Shown piece after piece: positions 27,400-37,394 of a stretch of DNA of 64,000 nucleotides. The notes under the pieces are model-generated. The model saw only the letters and a list, made by a program, of their open reading frames with translations, did not search any database and was not told the DNA's origin. Every line of letters begins with the position of its first letter. The first letter of the stretch is position 1. This DNA is from Candidatus Giovannonibacteria bacterium RIFCSPHIGHO2_12_FULL_44_22. Lineage in GTDB: Bacteria > Patescibacteriota > Minisyncoccia > UBA11713 > 2-01-FULL-45-33. The DNA is taken from NCBI GenBank assembly GCA_001778695.1, contig MFHU01000003.1:1521-65520 (forward strand), given 5' to 3'. A program made the position numbers and the translations under genes.

Positions 27400-29459
27400 G
27401 ATTCTGTCATCAGCATAGTCCTGTTAAATTTTTGCCAGACGGTTTCGGTGATGAATGGCATGAAGGGGTGCAAAAGTTTTAAAGATTCTTTTAAGGCGCG
27501 CGCCAAAACTTCCGGGTTTGGATTTTTTTTGGATTCCTCCAGATAAATATCGCAAAAATCGTGCCAGAAAAATTCGTAAAGAATATGGAGCGCTTTCCCG
27601 AAATCGTATTTTTCTATAAGTTTATTAACTTGTTTTTGCGTTTTTCGGAGCCTTACAATAATTTTTTTGTCAGCTACAGTTTTCCCGCCCAGGAAGAAGT
27701 CCGACTTCTTTTGGGATCCGAAGTCGGACTTCGAGGATGGTGGACATTGCCCTAAAACAAATCTCGCAGCGTTCCAAATTTTGTTGCAAAACTTTTTTCC
27801 GGCCATCACGTGTTCTTCAGACCATTTTATATCTTGCCCGCCCATGGCTTGCCAGATAAGCCCGAAACGCGTCGCGTCGGCGCCGTATTTATTTATCAGA
27901 TCCATCGGGTCAATTCCCGTGCCTAAAGATTTGGACATTCTCTCTCCGGATTTTGCTAAAATTGTGGCATGAATGATCACATCAGAAAAAGGCACATAGC
28001 CCAAAAATTCTTCGGATGAAAAAACCATCCGTGCCACCCAAAGATTGATGATATCGCGCGCGGTGGAAAGAACCTGCGTCGGATAATAATTTTTTAAATC
28101 TGCGGAATTTTCTGGCCATCCCAAAATCGCGAACGGCCAAAGGGCGGAAGAAAACCAGGTGTCCAAAACATCGTCAACTCCTTCAATCGGAATTTTGTGC
28201 CCCCACCAGATTTGGCGGGAAATGCACCAATCTCTGACATTTTTTAACCAATCAAAATAAATTTTTTCCCAGCGCTTGGGATGAAATTTTATTTTGCCCT
28301 TTTTGACATCTTGAATCGCTAGCTTGGCGAGCTCTTCCATTTTTAAAAACCATTGTTTACTTCTTAAGGGCTCAATGGCTGTGCCACATCGATAACATTT
28401 GGCTACATTATGCGAATAATCTTCTATTTTTTCTATCAGGCCGAGCTTTTCTAATTTTTTCACAACCTTTTCCCGGGCTTCCAAAATTTTAAGCCCATCA
28501 AATTCTGCGCCGGCTTCTTTTGTCATTCGCCCCTTTTCATTAATAACTTGGATGACAGGCAGTTTGTGGGTAATTGCGATTTGTTCGTCTAGCATATCGT
28601 GCGCGGGAGTAATTTTCACAGCGCCAGTCCCGAAATCTATCTCTATTCTCCTATCGGATACAATCGGGATCTCTTTATTTTGAATTGGTAGAATAACTTT
28701 TTTGCTAATTAAGCTTTTATATTTTTTATCTTTGGGGTTTACCGCCACGGCGGTATCTCCCAGCATAGTTTCAGGTCTTGTCGTAGCAATAATGATGAAT
28801 TTATTTTTTTCTTCCGCCAACAGATATTTAATAAACCAAAGTTTCCCTTTTTCTTCATAATATTCCAATTCCAAATCGGAAAGTGACGTTTGGCATCTTA
28901 CACACCAGTTGATAACGCGCTCGCCTTGGTAAATCCAACTCTTTTTTTGGTAATGCAAAAAAGCGGTTTTCACAGCTTCTTGGTACTCCGGGTCCATAGT
29001 AAAGCGGGTTCTAGACCAATCGCAGCTTGCCCCCAGTTTTTTTAATTGGTCTAAAATGATGTTTCCGTATTTCTCTTTCCACTCCCAAACTTTTTCCAAA
29101 AATTTTTTCCGTCCCAAGTCGTGCCGGCTCACGCCTTGTTTTTTTAAATCTTTTTCAACAACATTTTGCGTGGCGATTCCGGCGTGGTCCGTCCCCGGAA
29201 TCCAAAGGACGCGGTAGCCCTCCATCCTTTTTTTACGGATTAAAATATCTTGGATGGCAGCGTTCAGTGCGTGCCCCATGTGCAATGACCCCGTAATGTT
29301 CGGTGGCGGCAAAGCGATAGTGAAAGTTTTATTTTTATTTGGATTTTCAGCCTGAGGCTGATGCGCCTCGGACGCAAAAAAACCGCTCTTTTCCCAGAGC
29401 TTATATATTTTATCTTCATGTTCTTTCGGGTTATACGGCTTATCAAAATCGGAAAGCAT
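27387..29459 (-). CDS. valS: valine--tRNA ligase (short form, 690 aa)
   Basis: PPPNITGSLHMGHA (HIGH region), KMSKS (MSKSLGTG), editing and anticodon-binding regions. Lacks the long C-terminal coiled coil. Contains the in-frame repeat at 27696..27732. Confidence 0.9.
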   Translation of the reverse strand: MLSDFDKPYNPKEHEDKIYKLWEKSGFFASEAHQPQAENPNKNKTFTIALPPPNITGSLHMGHALNAAIQDILIRKKRMEGYRVLWIPGTDHAGIATQNVVEKDLKKQGVSRHDLGRKKFLEKVWEWKEKYGNIILDQLKKLGASCDWSRTRFTMDPEYQEAVKTAFLHYQKKSWIYQGERVINWCVRCQTSLSDLELEYYEEKGKLWFIKYLLAEEKNKFIIIATTRPETMLGDTAVAVNPKDKKYKSLISKKVILPIQNKEIPIVSDRRIEIDFGTGAVKITPAHDMLDEQIAITHKLPVIQVINEKGRMTKEAGAEFDGLKILEAREKVVKKLEKLGLIEKIEDYSHNVAKCYRCGTAIEPLRSKQWFLKMEELAKLAIQDVKKGKIKFHPKRWEKIYFDWLKNVRDWCISRQIWWGHKIPIEGVDDVLDTWFSSALWPFAILGWPENSADLKNYYPTQVLSTARDIINLWVARMVFSSEEFLGYVPFSDVIIHATILAKSGERMSKSLGTGIDPMDLINKYGADATRFGLIWQAMGGQDIKWSEEHVMAGKKFCNKIWNAARFVLGQCPPSSKSDFGSQKKSDFFLGGKTVADKKIIVRLRKTQKQVNKLIEKYDFGKALHILYEFFWHDFCDIYLEESKKNPNPEVLARALKESLKLLHPFMPFITETVWQKFNRTMLMTESWIS
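27696..27732. repeat. palindromic repeat GAAGTCCGACTTC-TTTTGGGATCC-GAAGTCGGACTTC inside valS
   Basis: Two 13-mers that are exact reverse complements of each other; each is itself a mini-palindrome. In-frame (peptide SSKSDFGSQKKSDFF). Confidence 0.75.
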
Positions 29460-29471
29460 AATCTAAAATTA

Positions 29472-30509
29472 TCATAATTTTAGATTTCCGTCAGCTCTGA
29501 TAGTTTTGGGATTTTTTGAGAATTTTTTAGCTTTGAAACGATAATATCCCGCCACGGCGATCATCGCGGCATTATCGCCGCAAAGCCAGAGAGGGGAGAT
29601 ATAAAGCGAGATTTTGGGGAATGATTTTTTGATCATATTTTCCAAAGCCGAGCGGAGTTTTTTGTTTGCGGCAACGCCTCCGCCGACAACTAACGATTTT
29701 GATTTATATTTTCGCAAAGCATCGCCGGTTTTTTTAACCAAAACATCAACCACGGCTTGCTGAAATTCGTTGGCTACGGCTGATTTATCGGCGTTGGGGT
29801 TATCCCGAAGATAATAAAGAACGGCGGTTTTGAGTCCTGAAAAACTAAAATCAAAATCACTGGAATTAATCATCGGGCGAGGAAATAATCCCTTACCCGA
29901 GGTTTTCAATCTCTCCGCCAATTTTGAAATCAAAGGCCCGCCCGGGTAGCCAAGCTTCAACATTCTCGCTACTTTATCAAATGCTTCGCCGGTGGCGTCG
30001 TCTCTAGTTTCTCCCAAAATTTTATAATCTAGATGTTTTTTCATTAAAACCAATTCCGTATGCCCGCCGGAGACGATTAGGGCAATAAGCGGAAATTGAG
30101 GAGATATGCGTCGGAGCCAGCTCGCATAAATATGCCCTTCCAAATGATTTACCGGGACCAGCGGAACACGCCATTTTTTTGCCAAGTCCTTCGCAAAATT
30201 GATTCCCTCCCAAAGCGCCGGCTCCAAGCCTGGGCCCGAGGTTACGGCTATCGCGTTGAACTTAGACGTCCGACGTCCAAGTGGACGTCGGACGTCTTTC
30301 ATAACCCGCGCGAGAATTATCGGCAGATTTTTTCTGTGTTCTCTCATCGCCAAATTTGGCACTACTCCTCCGAATGGCTTATGTATTTTTATCTGCGACA
30401 AAACTTGATTGGAAAGCAAATTAAACTTAGGTGAATTTTGTTTTTCGCTTATTTCCAAAACCGCGATTGCCGTCTCATCGCAGGATGTCTCAATAGCTAG
30501 GATTTTCAT
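29472..30509 (-). CDS. tsaD: tRNA N6-adenosine threonylcarbamoyltransferase
   Basis: MKILAIETSCDETAIAVL N-terminus, His pair, AIAVTSGPGL motif. Contains the in-frame repeat at 30258..30296. Confidence 0.9.
   Translation of the reverse strand: MKILAIETSCDETAIAVLEISEKQNSPKFNLLSNQVLSQIKIHKPFGGVVPNLAMREHRKNLPIILARVMKDVRRPLGRRTSKFNAIAVTSGPGLEPALWEGINFAKDLAKKWRVPLVPVNHLEGHIYASWLRRISPQFPLIALIVSGGHTELVLMKKHLDYKILGETRDDATGEAFDKVARMLKLGYPGGPLISKLAERLKTSGKGLFPRPMINSSDFDFSFSGLKTAVLYYLRDNPNADKSAVANEFQQAVVDVLVKKTGDALRKYKSKSLVVGGGVAANKKLRSALENMIKKSFPKISLYISPLWLCGDNAAMIAVAGYYRFKAKKFSKNPKTIRADGNLKL
30258..30296. repeat. palindromic repeat ACTTAGACGTCCGACGTC-CAAGTG-GACGTCGGACGTCT inside tsaD
   Basis: GACGTCCGACGTC and its reverse complement GACGTCGGACGTC separated by 6 nt. 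Encodes the extra peptide around DVRRPLGRRTSK, next to the conserved AIAVTSGPG motif. Confidence 0.75.
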
Positions 30510-30554
30510 AACGTATAATTGATTTTACGGCTATTTGTTGTAAAATCAATGCGA

Positions 30555-30628
30555 GGCCCTATCGTCTAGCCTGGTTAGGACACCACGCTTTCAATGTGGG
30601 AACACGGGTTCGAATCCCGTTGGGGCCA
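30555..30628 (+). tRNA. tRNA-Glu (anticodon TTC)
   Basis: GGCCCTATCGTCTAGCCTGGTTAGGACACCACGCTTTCAATGTGGGAACACGGGTTCGAATCCCGTTGGGGCCA. Anticodon loop CTTTCAA. Confidence 0.85.
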
Positions 30629-30634
30629 AAAATT

Positions 30635-31294
30635 ATGGAAATTATTTACGAAGATAAAAATCTTATCGCCCTAAATAAACCGGCTGGGGCGAATTTTGAT
30701 TGGGCACTGAAGGAAAAGCCAGAACTTTTGCCCATCCATAGATTGGATAAAGACACTTCCGGGATTATTCTTTTCGCGAAGAGCGAAAAGACGCAAGAGT
30801 ATTTGAGAGAACTTTTTAAAAATCATAAAATCAAAAAAACTTACAAGGCGCTGGTTGTTGGAAATATAAAAAATAATACGGGAGTGATCGATTTAGCAAT
30901 CGGACGCTCCAAAAAAACTCCACTAAAGCGTGTGGCGATAGGAGAGCAACGCGGAAAAATTCGCGAAGCAATAACGGAGTACAAAGTGCTGAAAAGATTT
31001 AACGGACGTCCGACGTCCACTTGGACGTCGGACGTCCAAGTGGGATTCACGCTTATTGAAGCTTATCCAAAAACTGGTCGCACCCATCAAATTCGTTCGC
31101 ATTTTTCCGCGATCGGGCATCCGATAGTTTGCGACAAGCTTTATGCTGGAAAAAAGTTTATCTGCCCCGCCGGGCTTACTCGTCAATTCCTGCACGCCTA
31201 TGCCATAGAATTTAATTTACAAAACGGCTCTCGATTAAGGCTCGAGGCCGATTTGCCGGAGGATTTGAAAAAAGTTTTAGATATGTTATCTTAA
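30635..31294 (+). CDS. RluA-family pseudouridine synthase
   Basis: LIALNKPAG, HRLDKDTSGIILFAKS (catalytic Asp), KTGRTHQIRSHF. Start moved to the Met after the tRNA. Contains the in-frame repeat at 31004..31044. Confidence 0.85.
   Translation: MEIIYEDKNLIALNKPAGANFDWALKEKPELLPIHRLDKDTSGIILFAKSEKTQEYLRELFKNHKIKKTYKALVVGNIKNNTGVIDLAIGRSKKTPLKRVAIGEQRGKIREAITEYKVLKRFNGRPTSTWTSDVQVGFTLIEAYPKTGRTHQIRSHFSAIGHPIVCDKLYAGKKFICPAGLTRQFLHAYAIEFNLQNGSRLRLEADLPEDLKKVLDMLS
31004..31044. repeat. palindromic repeat GACGTCCGACGTC-CACTTG-GACGTCGGACGTC-CAAGTG inside the rluA-family gene
   Basis: Same 13-mer pair as in tsaD, plus flanking CACTTG/CAAGTG inverted hexamers. In-frame peptide GRPTSTWTSDVQ. Confidence 0.75.
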
Positions 31295-31300
31295 TTCATT

Positions 31301-31753
31301 ATGCCATCGCTAAATTTAATACATTCGCCAGTGGATATTGAAGCTAGAAAAAAGCTTTCTTTTCGGGCCGGAGACACTATTCGCGTCACCCAAAAAGTGA
31401 AGGAGGGCGACCCGTCTCGCAAAGGCGGAGCCGAGGCGGAAAAGACACGCCTCCAAGCCTTTGAGGGGATAGTGCTCGCCAGAAAACATGGCTATGAGCC
31501 GGGTGCTACTTTTACCATGCGCAAAGTTTTGGACGGAATCGGCGTGGAGCGAGTTTTTCCATTGTATTCCCCGGATATTGATAAAATAGAAATCAAATCC
31601 AAGACGAAATTCAAACGGGCCAAGCTTTATTATGTCCGCGACCGCGCCGCCAGAGAAATCAGAAAAAAAATGAAGCAAACCCGTTTTGACCCTCGGCTGG
31701 ATTCGGCCCGACAGACCACCCAACCTCCGCAGGTTGAAGTATCTTCACAATAA
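31301..31753 (+). CDS. rplS: 50S ribosomal protein L19
   Basis: FRAGDTIRVTQKV...FEGIVLARKHG...TFTMRKVLDGIGVERVFPLYSP...AKLYYVRD is the typical bL19 pattern, with a short insertion and C-terminal tail. Confidence 0.88.
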   Translation: MPSLNLIHSPVDIEARKKLSFRAGDTIRVTQKVKEGDPSRKGGAEAEKTRLQAFEGIVLARKHGYEPGATFTMRKVLDGIGVERVFPLYSPDIDKIEIKSKTKFKRAKLYYVRDRAAREIRKKMKQTRFDPRLDSARQTTQPPQVEVSSQ

Positions 31754-31758
31754 AATAC

Positions 31759-31842
31759 GCCCAGGTGGAGGAACTGGCAGACTCGCAGGCTTGAGGTGCC
31801 TGTGGCCGCAAGGCCGTGGGGGTTCAAATCCCCCCTTGGGCA
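31759..31842 (+). tRNA. tRNA-Leu (anticodon GAG)
   Basis: Long variable arm. Anticodon stem CAGGC/GCCTG, loop TTGAGGT. T-arm GGGGGTTCAAATCCCCC. Confidence 0.85.
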
Positions 31843-31934
31843 AAAACGAAATAATTTGACTTGTCGGCGTTTTTTGCTAAGATTAAAGCGCAAGGCCGAG
31901 TTTTATAATTAACATTGCTAAATATTTCAATTTT

Positions 31935-32183
31935 ATGGAAAAAGAAATCGGCAAAATCACCCATTGGTACGATAAATTGGGTGTGGCCGTGTTGGATCTG
32001 AAGGGCTCGCTGAAAGTGGGGAATATCGTGAAAGTGCGGAAAGGCGCCGAAGAATTTGAAGACACAATCGTTTCCATGCAGATTGACCACAAAAACGTTT
32101 CCTCCGCCAAAAAAGGCGACGAGGTGGCTGTGAAATTTTCCCAAAAAACCAAAGAGGGCGCGGTGATTTATAAGGTGGAGTAA
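31935..32183 (+). CDS. hypothetical small beta-barrel protein
   Basis: 82 aa, KVGNIVKVRKG...GDEVAVKF pattern suggestive of an OB or EF-Tu-domain-2-like barrel. No firm assignment. Confidence 0.45.
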   Translation: MEKEIGKITHWYDKLGVAVLDLKGSLKVGNIVKVRKGAEEFEDTIVSMQIDHKNVSSAKKGDEVAVKFSQKTKEGAVIYKVE

Positions 32184-32188
32184 TAGTT

Positions 32189-32263
32189 GGTGCCTATAGC
32201 TTAGTGGTAAAGCACCGCTCTGTGGCAGCGGTAACGAGGGTTCGATCCCCTCTAGGCACCCCA
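32189..32263 (+). tRNA. tRNA-His (anticodon GTG), with encoded G-1 and CCA
   Basis: G-GTGCCTATAGCTTAGTGGTAAAGCACCGCTCTGTGGCAGCGGTAACGAGGGTTCGATCCCCTCTAGGCAC-C-CCA. Anticodon loop CTGTGGC. The 3' end overlaps the recombinase stop. Confidence 0.88.
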
Positions 32264-33865
32264 TCGTGCACGAATGGATGCGAAAGCGTCCATTTTTGCT
32301 TGTGCTGTAAGGGTTTTCTCCAGTTCTAACCTTTTATATTCTTGCTCCAGTGCCGGATAGCCATTATTGATGGGTTGAAACCATTCATTCGGCTCAATAA
32401 AGAGCTTTTCGCCTTGTATTATCGGGGTTTTTCCAAGCGCTAGTAAAATTTCCTTTTGCAGTTCTAACCTTCCTTTCGCTTTTGCCTTAAGAAACTCCGC
32501 ACGGGCGTAAGTTGCGAAATGAAATGTCTTTTCCGTAAGCTCCAGCCATTTATCTGCTCTGCTCTCGGTTTCCCTTAGTTTGCTTTTCATATCGCTTATT
32601 TTGGCTTTAAGCTCGCTTTTTTCTTTGAGGTAAGCCTCATCATCAATAAGTTTGCGGTATCGCATTTTGGTAAGCTCATCTAAATTCGCCTGTGCTTCGG
32701 TTAAAGCCTTGTGGCGAGCTTCGTAAATTTTAGTTCGGTCTTCAATCTCGGTATCATTCTTGCTGTTTAGTCCTTCCAAAGCCCATTCCAAGAACTTCGG
32801 CAAAATAGTGTATTTGTCTATTTCTTGCTTAATTTGCGATTCTAAATTATCTGCCGGTATGTTTTTTATCTGCGGACACTTAAAATCCTTTTTTCTTTTG
32901 GTGCAATGGTAATACGTAAAGGTTTTTGCTTCGCTGGTCTTCTTTATAATTTTAGTATGGCTTTCTGCTGTGTAGAGGCATCCGCATTTCCCGCACCTAA
33001 TCGCTCCAGTAAATGCGAAATTATGCGTTTTGGGTCTAGGTTTGCCACTTTTGCCGAGTATGACTTGCACTTGGTCAAATTCTTCAAGAGAAATCATCGG
33101 TTCGTGCTTGCCTTGATATTGTGAGCCGTCTTTTCGCGCTATAAGCCCTGCGTAAAAAGAATTATTGAAAATTTTGTATATTCCGCTTTGGGAAAGCACG
33201 TTATCACTACTCTTTTTGATTTTTCGTGTCCTAAAACCCCATTCGCTAGTGGCAATTCCCAAAACTTTCATTGCGGAGTAATGACCAGTTAACATCAAAC
33301 TCCACATTTTCTTTACCAAGTTAAATCGCTCTGGGTCTTTGATAATGGTATGGTTAATTTTGTCGTTTAAGTATCCAAGCGGTGCTAGGCTCGGTAGCCA
33401 CCCTTTTTCTAGCTTGCTTTGTAAGCCTCGCTTAGTGTTCTTACTTAAATCCAAAATAAATTGGTTGGCCACGCCGGTCTCAACGCTGAATATCAAGACA
33501 TTGTCTTCCGGCACATACTCTCGGTCTATGGTGCGGATGGATTTTAATATGCCTTGCTGGAGCATCCAGCTTAAGTTCCCGCTATCAATAGGATTGCGGG
33601 ACAAGCGGTTAATTTGCCAGCACAAAATACCTTCTGCCTCACCGCTTTTAATTTTATTTAACACCTCGTCAAATACAGGGCGGTTGTCAGGTTGCTTGGC
33701 TGACTTTGCTTCCGTATAGATTTTTACAATATGCAAATTTAAGTCCTTGGCTAACTGCTTTAGCCGGTTTACTTGGTCATCAATGGACTGCACCTGCCGG
33801 TCTTCGCTTTCCGACGACTTCCTTGCGTATAAAAAGTATTTAATTTTTGGTTTATCTTGATTCAT
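32252..33865 (-). CDS. large serine recombinase (phage-integrase type)
   Basis: 537 aa. Resolvase catalytic domain (YARKSSESEDRQVQSIDDQ with catalytic Ser), recombinase domain, Cys-rich zinc ribbon (CGKCGC...HC), C-terminal coiled coil. Confidence 0.88.
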   Translation of the reverse strand: MNQDKPKIKYFLYARKSSESEDRQVQSIDDQVNRLKQLAKDLNLHIVKIYTEAKSAKQPDNRPVFDEVLNKIKSGEAEGILCWQINRLSRNPIDSGNLSWMLQQGILKSIRTIDREYVPEDNVLIFSVETGVANQFILDLSKNTKRGLQSKLEKGWLPSLAPLGYLNDKINHTIIKDPERFNLVKKMWSLMLTGHYSAMKVLGIATSEWGFRTRKIKKSSDNVLSQSGIYKIFNNSFYAGLIARKDGSQYQGKHEPMISLEEFDQVQVILGKSGKPRPKTHNFAFTGAIRCGKCGCLYTAESHTKIIKKTSEAKTFTYYHCTKRKKDFKCPQIKNIPADNLESQIKQEIDKYTILPKFLEWALEGLNSKNDTEIEDRTKIYEARHKALTEAQANLDELTKMRYRKLIDDEAYLKEKSELKAKISDMKSKLRETESRADKWLELTEKTFHFATYARAEFLKAKAKGRLELQKEILLALGKTPIIQGEKLFIEPNEWFQPINNGYPALEQEYKRLELEKTLTAQAKMDAFASIRARWGA

Positions 33866-33997
33866 AAAAACTTGAAGGGACGGTCTGGTTCACCCAATCA
33901 CTTGCTCCGAAGAGTAGCCTACTGGCAGACCGCCCCTTAAAGGACAGTAAGCAATAAAAAATCTTCGGACATTTATTGTGATTAAAGGTGAACATTA

Positions 33998-35224
33998 TCA
34001 TTGTATATTGTCTTTTTTGTCCTTGCAAGTGGATAAATACTCTAACGAGATTGGCTCAAATTTTTGCAACTCTTGGCCTATGTATAGTGTTCCATCCGAG
34101 AGCGGCAAATCGTTGGCCAGTTTTTGTGCCGTAGCCAACTTTTCATCCAAGCGGCTATCTGATTTTTTAGACCACACCTTGCCCATTTCTTTGCGGAGTG
34201 TTTTTGCCCCGTGTTTTTTTATAATTGAAGCAAGGGCGTAGCTGATAAGTGCCTTATTATAGCTATGGACGCTTTGCTCTTTCTCTTTTGCTCTTTTCAA
34301 AATGTGAAGTAATAAATCTATATCGCCGTTTGAGTTTAATAATGCAATTTGATTTTCTGGTTTAGCAAGTATTCTTTGCCACGATGCATTCAAAATGTCT
34401 TTCCACAAATTTTCGGTAAATAAATCGGAAAGTTTTACAGGCGTGGCATAGGGTCTTTTAAGAAATCGGTTAACTTCACTCCTAATGGTCTGCGCCTTAT
34501 TTAGACGATATTCGTATCTGAAAACCTCCGTATTTTGTAAATTATAAAGTTCAATGACTTCTTTTTCATATGCCGTTTTTTGTTTTTCCAAACTTTTACC
34601 GCTTGGCCGGAGCATTTCTTGTATTTTATCGTAAAAAGCCCATTCTCTAGTTCCGCAAAAAAGATGGAGCGTTTCGTTTTCGTTTTGGTTTTTGCTTCGT
34701 ATGTCCTTTGTATTTCCATACGCCTTGCCAATATCTACGCGCGACAACTCTGCTAATATGGGGCGCAACGGACGGTCTGCGGGCAGTGGTATATTTTTAC
34801 AAAAATGCACCACGGATACAGAAGCATCGGCAATGGTTTGCGAAGTGATGTATATACCAATCTCTGGCAAGCGTTCCATCAGCGTAGTTAACAATTTGTG
34901 GTAGTCGCTCGGTAGGGCTTCCTGTAGGCTGTTTTCGTTTATCAGCTTTGGCGCAGAGAACTTTAATTTCATATCGTAATATATGCTTCTGCTTCGGTTG
35001 TCTGCGTTTTCGTATATTTCAACCCCCGGGTAAGTTAGACCATTATCTATGTCGGCGTGTAGAACAAAACTCCGCAGGTAGGGGACTTTTTTATTGTCTG
35101 CTCGCTTTCGGTCTTTTGGTGTCAAATCCGCGTAAGGTCTGGTGGAAAATTCGTGATTAAACATAGCCCAGTCTGCTACTCGGAATTTATCTATGCCGCG
35201 AATGCGAATTATGACTGTATCCAT
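33998..35224 (-). CDS. putative rolling-circle replication initiator (Rep_trans-like)
   Basis: 408 aa. HLFCGTREWAFYDKIQE resembles the Rep_trans motif (xYIGSRxSxxFxRVYDK). Assignment tentative. Confidence 0.4.
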   Translation of the reverse strand: MDTVIIRIRGIDKFRVADWAMFNHEFSTRPYADLTPKDRKRADNKKVPYLRSFVLHADIDNGLTYPGVEIYENADNRSRSIYYDMKLKFSAPKLINENSLQEALPSDYHKLLTTLMERLPEIGIYITSQTIADASVSVVHFCKNIPLPADRPLRPILAELSRVDIGKAYGNTKDIRSKNQNENETLHLFCGTREWAFYDKIQEMLRPSGKSLEKQKTAYEKEVIELYNLQNTEVFRYEYRLNKAQTIRSEVNRFLKRPYATPVKLSDLFTENLWKDILNASWQRILAKPENQIALLNSNGDIDLLLHILKRAKEKEQSVHSYNKALISYALASIIKKHGAKTLRKEMGKVWSKKSDSRLDEKLATAQKLANDLPLSDGTLYIGQELQKFEPISLEYLSTCKDKKDNIQ

Positions 35225-35229
35225 ATTTA

Positions 35230-35529
35230 TTAAATTATTTTGTTGTCCTTAAATTTCTTGGAATCCTTCTGCGGTGTTTCTTGGCGGTCTCTTTGCACCG
35301 CTTCGTATTCTTCTTGGGTTATCGGCTTATAAACCAGCTCAACTAGACGCATCAGCTTAATCCCTTTTTCAAGGGCTTCTTTCCGGCTGATTTCTTTTCC
35401 GAATTGCTCTTTATAGAGCGTTTGGAATTTGGTTATCTGTGCGTCTGACAGCATATACAGCCATTCTAAAAAACCCTCTAAGCCAAAAAGAGCCAGAGGG
35501 TTTGAGAGGGTTTTTGGGCATTCAGACAC
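35230..35529 (-). CDS. hypothetical small helical protein
   Basis: 99-aa ORF between the rep-like and large hypothetical genes. Confidence 0.35.
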   Translation of the reverse strand: MSECPKTLSNPLALFGLEGFLEWLYMLSDAQITKFQTLYKEQFGKEISRKEALEKGIKLMRLVELVYKPITQEEYEAVQRDRQETPQKDSKKFKDNKII

Positions 35530-35595
35530 AAAAAATAAAAGGGCTTTTTGTCAGCCCCTCAATACCGAAACAAGCTGTTGTCCAAAATTTACTCT

Positions 35596-37239
35596 CTAAC
35601 CCTCTACTTCAAGCCACATATTTTGCTTCCTGTCGTCAAACTGATATTTTAATTTACCCCGTAGTTTCTCGTATCTTTCCTTTTGCAATTCCTTTTTTGT
35701 ATTTTCTATAATCTGCAACATTCTTTGTGCTCTGGTATTAGAATCGTTTAGCGTTGTGTCGTTTTTGTCTTTAGGCAACCTTATTGATTCAAAAACAGAA
35801 GCAATAGTTCTATGTGCGCCAAATGGACTGCAAAGTATATCTAACAACCTATAATGTCTTGAATTTAGCCCGCCTATTTTTATTGGGGTTGCTTGTTTGT
35901 AAAACTTAAAATAACCCTGCCCATTTCTAGCTTCTGTATAGGGTTTAGGGTTGTCTTGCATTAAGACTTCGTCTGCGGCGGGTTTTGGTGATACCATCTC
36001 ACTCACGCTATGCAAAGGCGTAAATGCGTCAAATTGAAGGCGAAGTATATTTATTTTTAATAGAGCATTGTTTTCAAGCTTGAGCACAAATTTATAAATA
36101 AAATCGTCCAGTTGTAACCCCAATTTTTTGCCTTCCGTTTCAAGCCATTCGTTCAAGATTTCTGCTCTGTATTGTTCTGAATCTCTATTAAATTCCCCTG
36201 CCGCTACACCAAACTCTGCGTTTGATATATTTGGACTTTGTGAGCTTTGCGTCCCCTTACGCCTCAACTTGTCTATTTCATAAATTTCATCTCGCAATAT
36301 TACAATAAGTTTTTCTCCAACAATTCTGTTTACGGCGTTCACCATAATTTTAGCTTCTTCTTTATCAAATTCTGCCCTGTTTAGTGTTGATAATGGTATT
36401 TTAACAATGCATTGCAATTTACCGCAGTCAGCTAACTCTATTTGGTTATAAACCAATTCAACAAATTTTTTGATTTTTCTTAAGTTATCTTCAGAAAACC
36501 CGTCTAAATTTGCTTTATTTTTTACTCCGGCTATCATTCTGGTTTGCATTGCCTCGCCAGATTTTTTGGCGGCTGTATATTTTGCCGCTTCTTTCAACCA
36601 TTCTTGGTAGTCGTCTTTGCTGGCTGAGGCGGTCAATACACTATTTATATATTCAAAAAGTTTATTTGCGGTTTCCTTGCCGTTAATATCGTAATAAATA
36701 GGATTGAGAAATTCGGTGAGAACTACCGACAAGGGTTTTGCCCGCTTTCTCGCATAGGCGTGCCGAAACAACAAATCCGTAAGCGTGTAACTTCCCTCAT
36801 TAAGAAACAACGCAACATTATCAAATTGAGCAAATGCGACAACAGCCCTCAACCATTCGTCTTTGCTAAATAATTTTTCAATTTGTTTGGCAATAGAAAA
36901 AACCGCCTCTCTTGGTATAAACGGTGTTTGCCGCAACACATAGTGCTCCTTTAGGTATGCTACTTGCTTTTTGACCGCTTCTTGGTCAACCAGTAATGCG
37001 TCATAAGACATTTCGTGGGCTAGATTCCCATACTTATCCTCAATTTCTACTGGCTTGTCTTCCCAAACAAGCAGTTTCTCATATTCAAATTGCTCGCAAA
37101 TCTCCTTTGCTTCGTTGGCGGTCATATCAAATTGTTTTGCAAAAGCATCGGTTATGTCGGGGAGTTCATAGTAGCCATCCCGCAAAAGTTTTTCTGCGAA
37201 ATAAAGCATTTTTGTGCACGAGAGATAATCAATTTTCAT
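35596..37239 (-). CDS. hypothetical protein (547 aa) with LVWEDKP motif shared with the Type III Mod N-terminus
   Basis: No NTPase or nuclease motif seen. Segment EKLLVWEDKPVEIEDKY parallels KKYGLVWEDKPEDVVEQ at the start of the adjacent mod gene. Confidence 0.45.
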   Translation of the reverse strand: MKIDYLSCTKMLYFAEKLLRDGYYELPDITDAFAKQFDMTANEAKEICEQFEYEKLLVWEDKPVEIEDKYGNLAHEMSYDALLVDQEAVKKQVAYLKEHYVLRQTPFIPREAVFSIAKQIEKLFSKDEWLRAVVAFAQFDNVALFLNEGSYTLTDLLFRHAYARKRAKPLSVVLTEFLNPIYYDINGKETANKLFEYINSVLTASASKDDYQEWLKEAAKYTAAKKSGEAMQTRMIAGVKNKANLDGFSEDNLRKIKKFVELVYNQIELADCGKLQCIVKIPLSTLNRAEFDKEEAKIMVNAVNRIVGEKLIVILRDEIYEIDKLRRKGTQSSQSPNISNAEFGVAAGEFNRDSEQYRAEILNEWLETEGKKLGLQLDDFIYKFVLKLENNALLKINILRLQFDAFTPLHSVSEMVSPKPAADEVLMQDNPKPYTEARNGQGYFKFYKQATPIKIGGLNSRHYRLLDILCSPFGAHRTIASVFESIRLPKDKNDTTLNDSNTRAQRMLQIIENTKKELQKERYEKLRGKLKYQFDDRKQNMWLEVEG

Positions 37240-37394
37240 AGTGATAGTAATTTAACAAACTAAGCCATTTTTCTCAATGTTGTCCCGAATTTTGAGCTAT
37301 TACTTCAATTTGCGCCCAAATAGTGATATTTTACATTTATACAATTAAATATGGTTATTGCCTAACCCTCGTGAATTAAAAACTCCGAGGTATG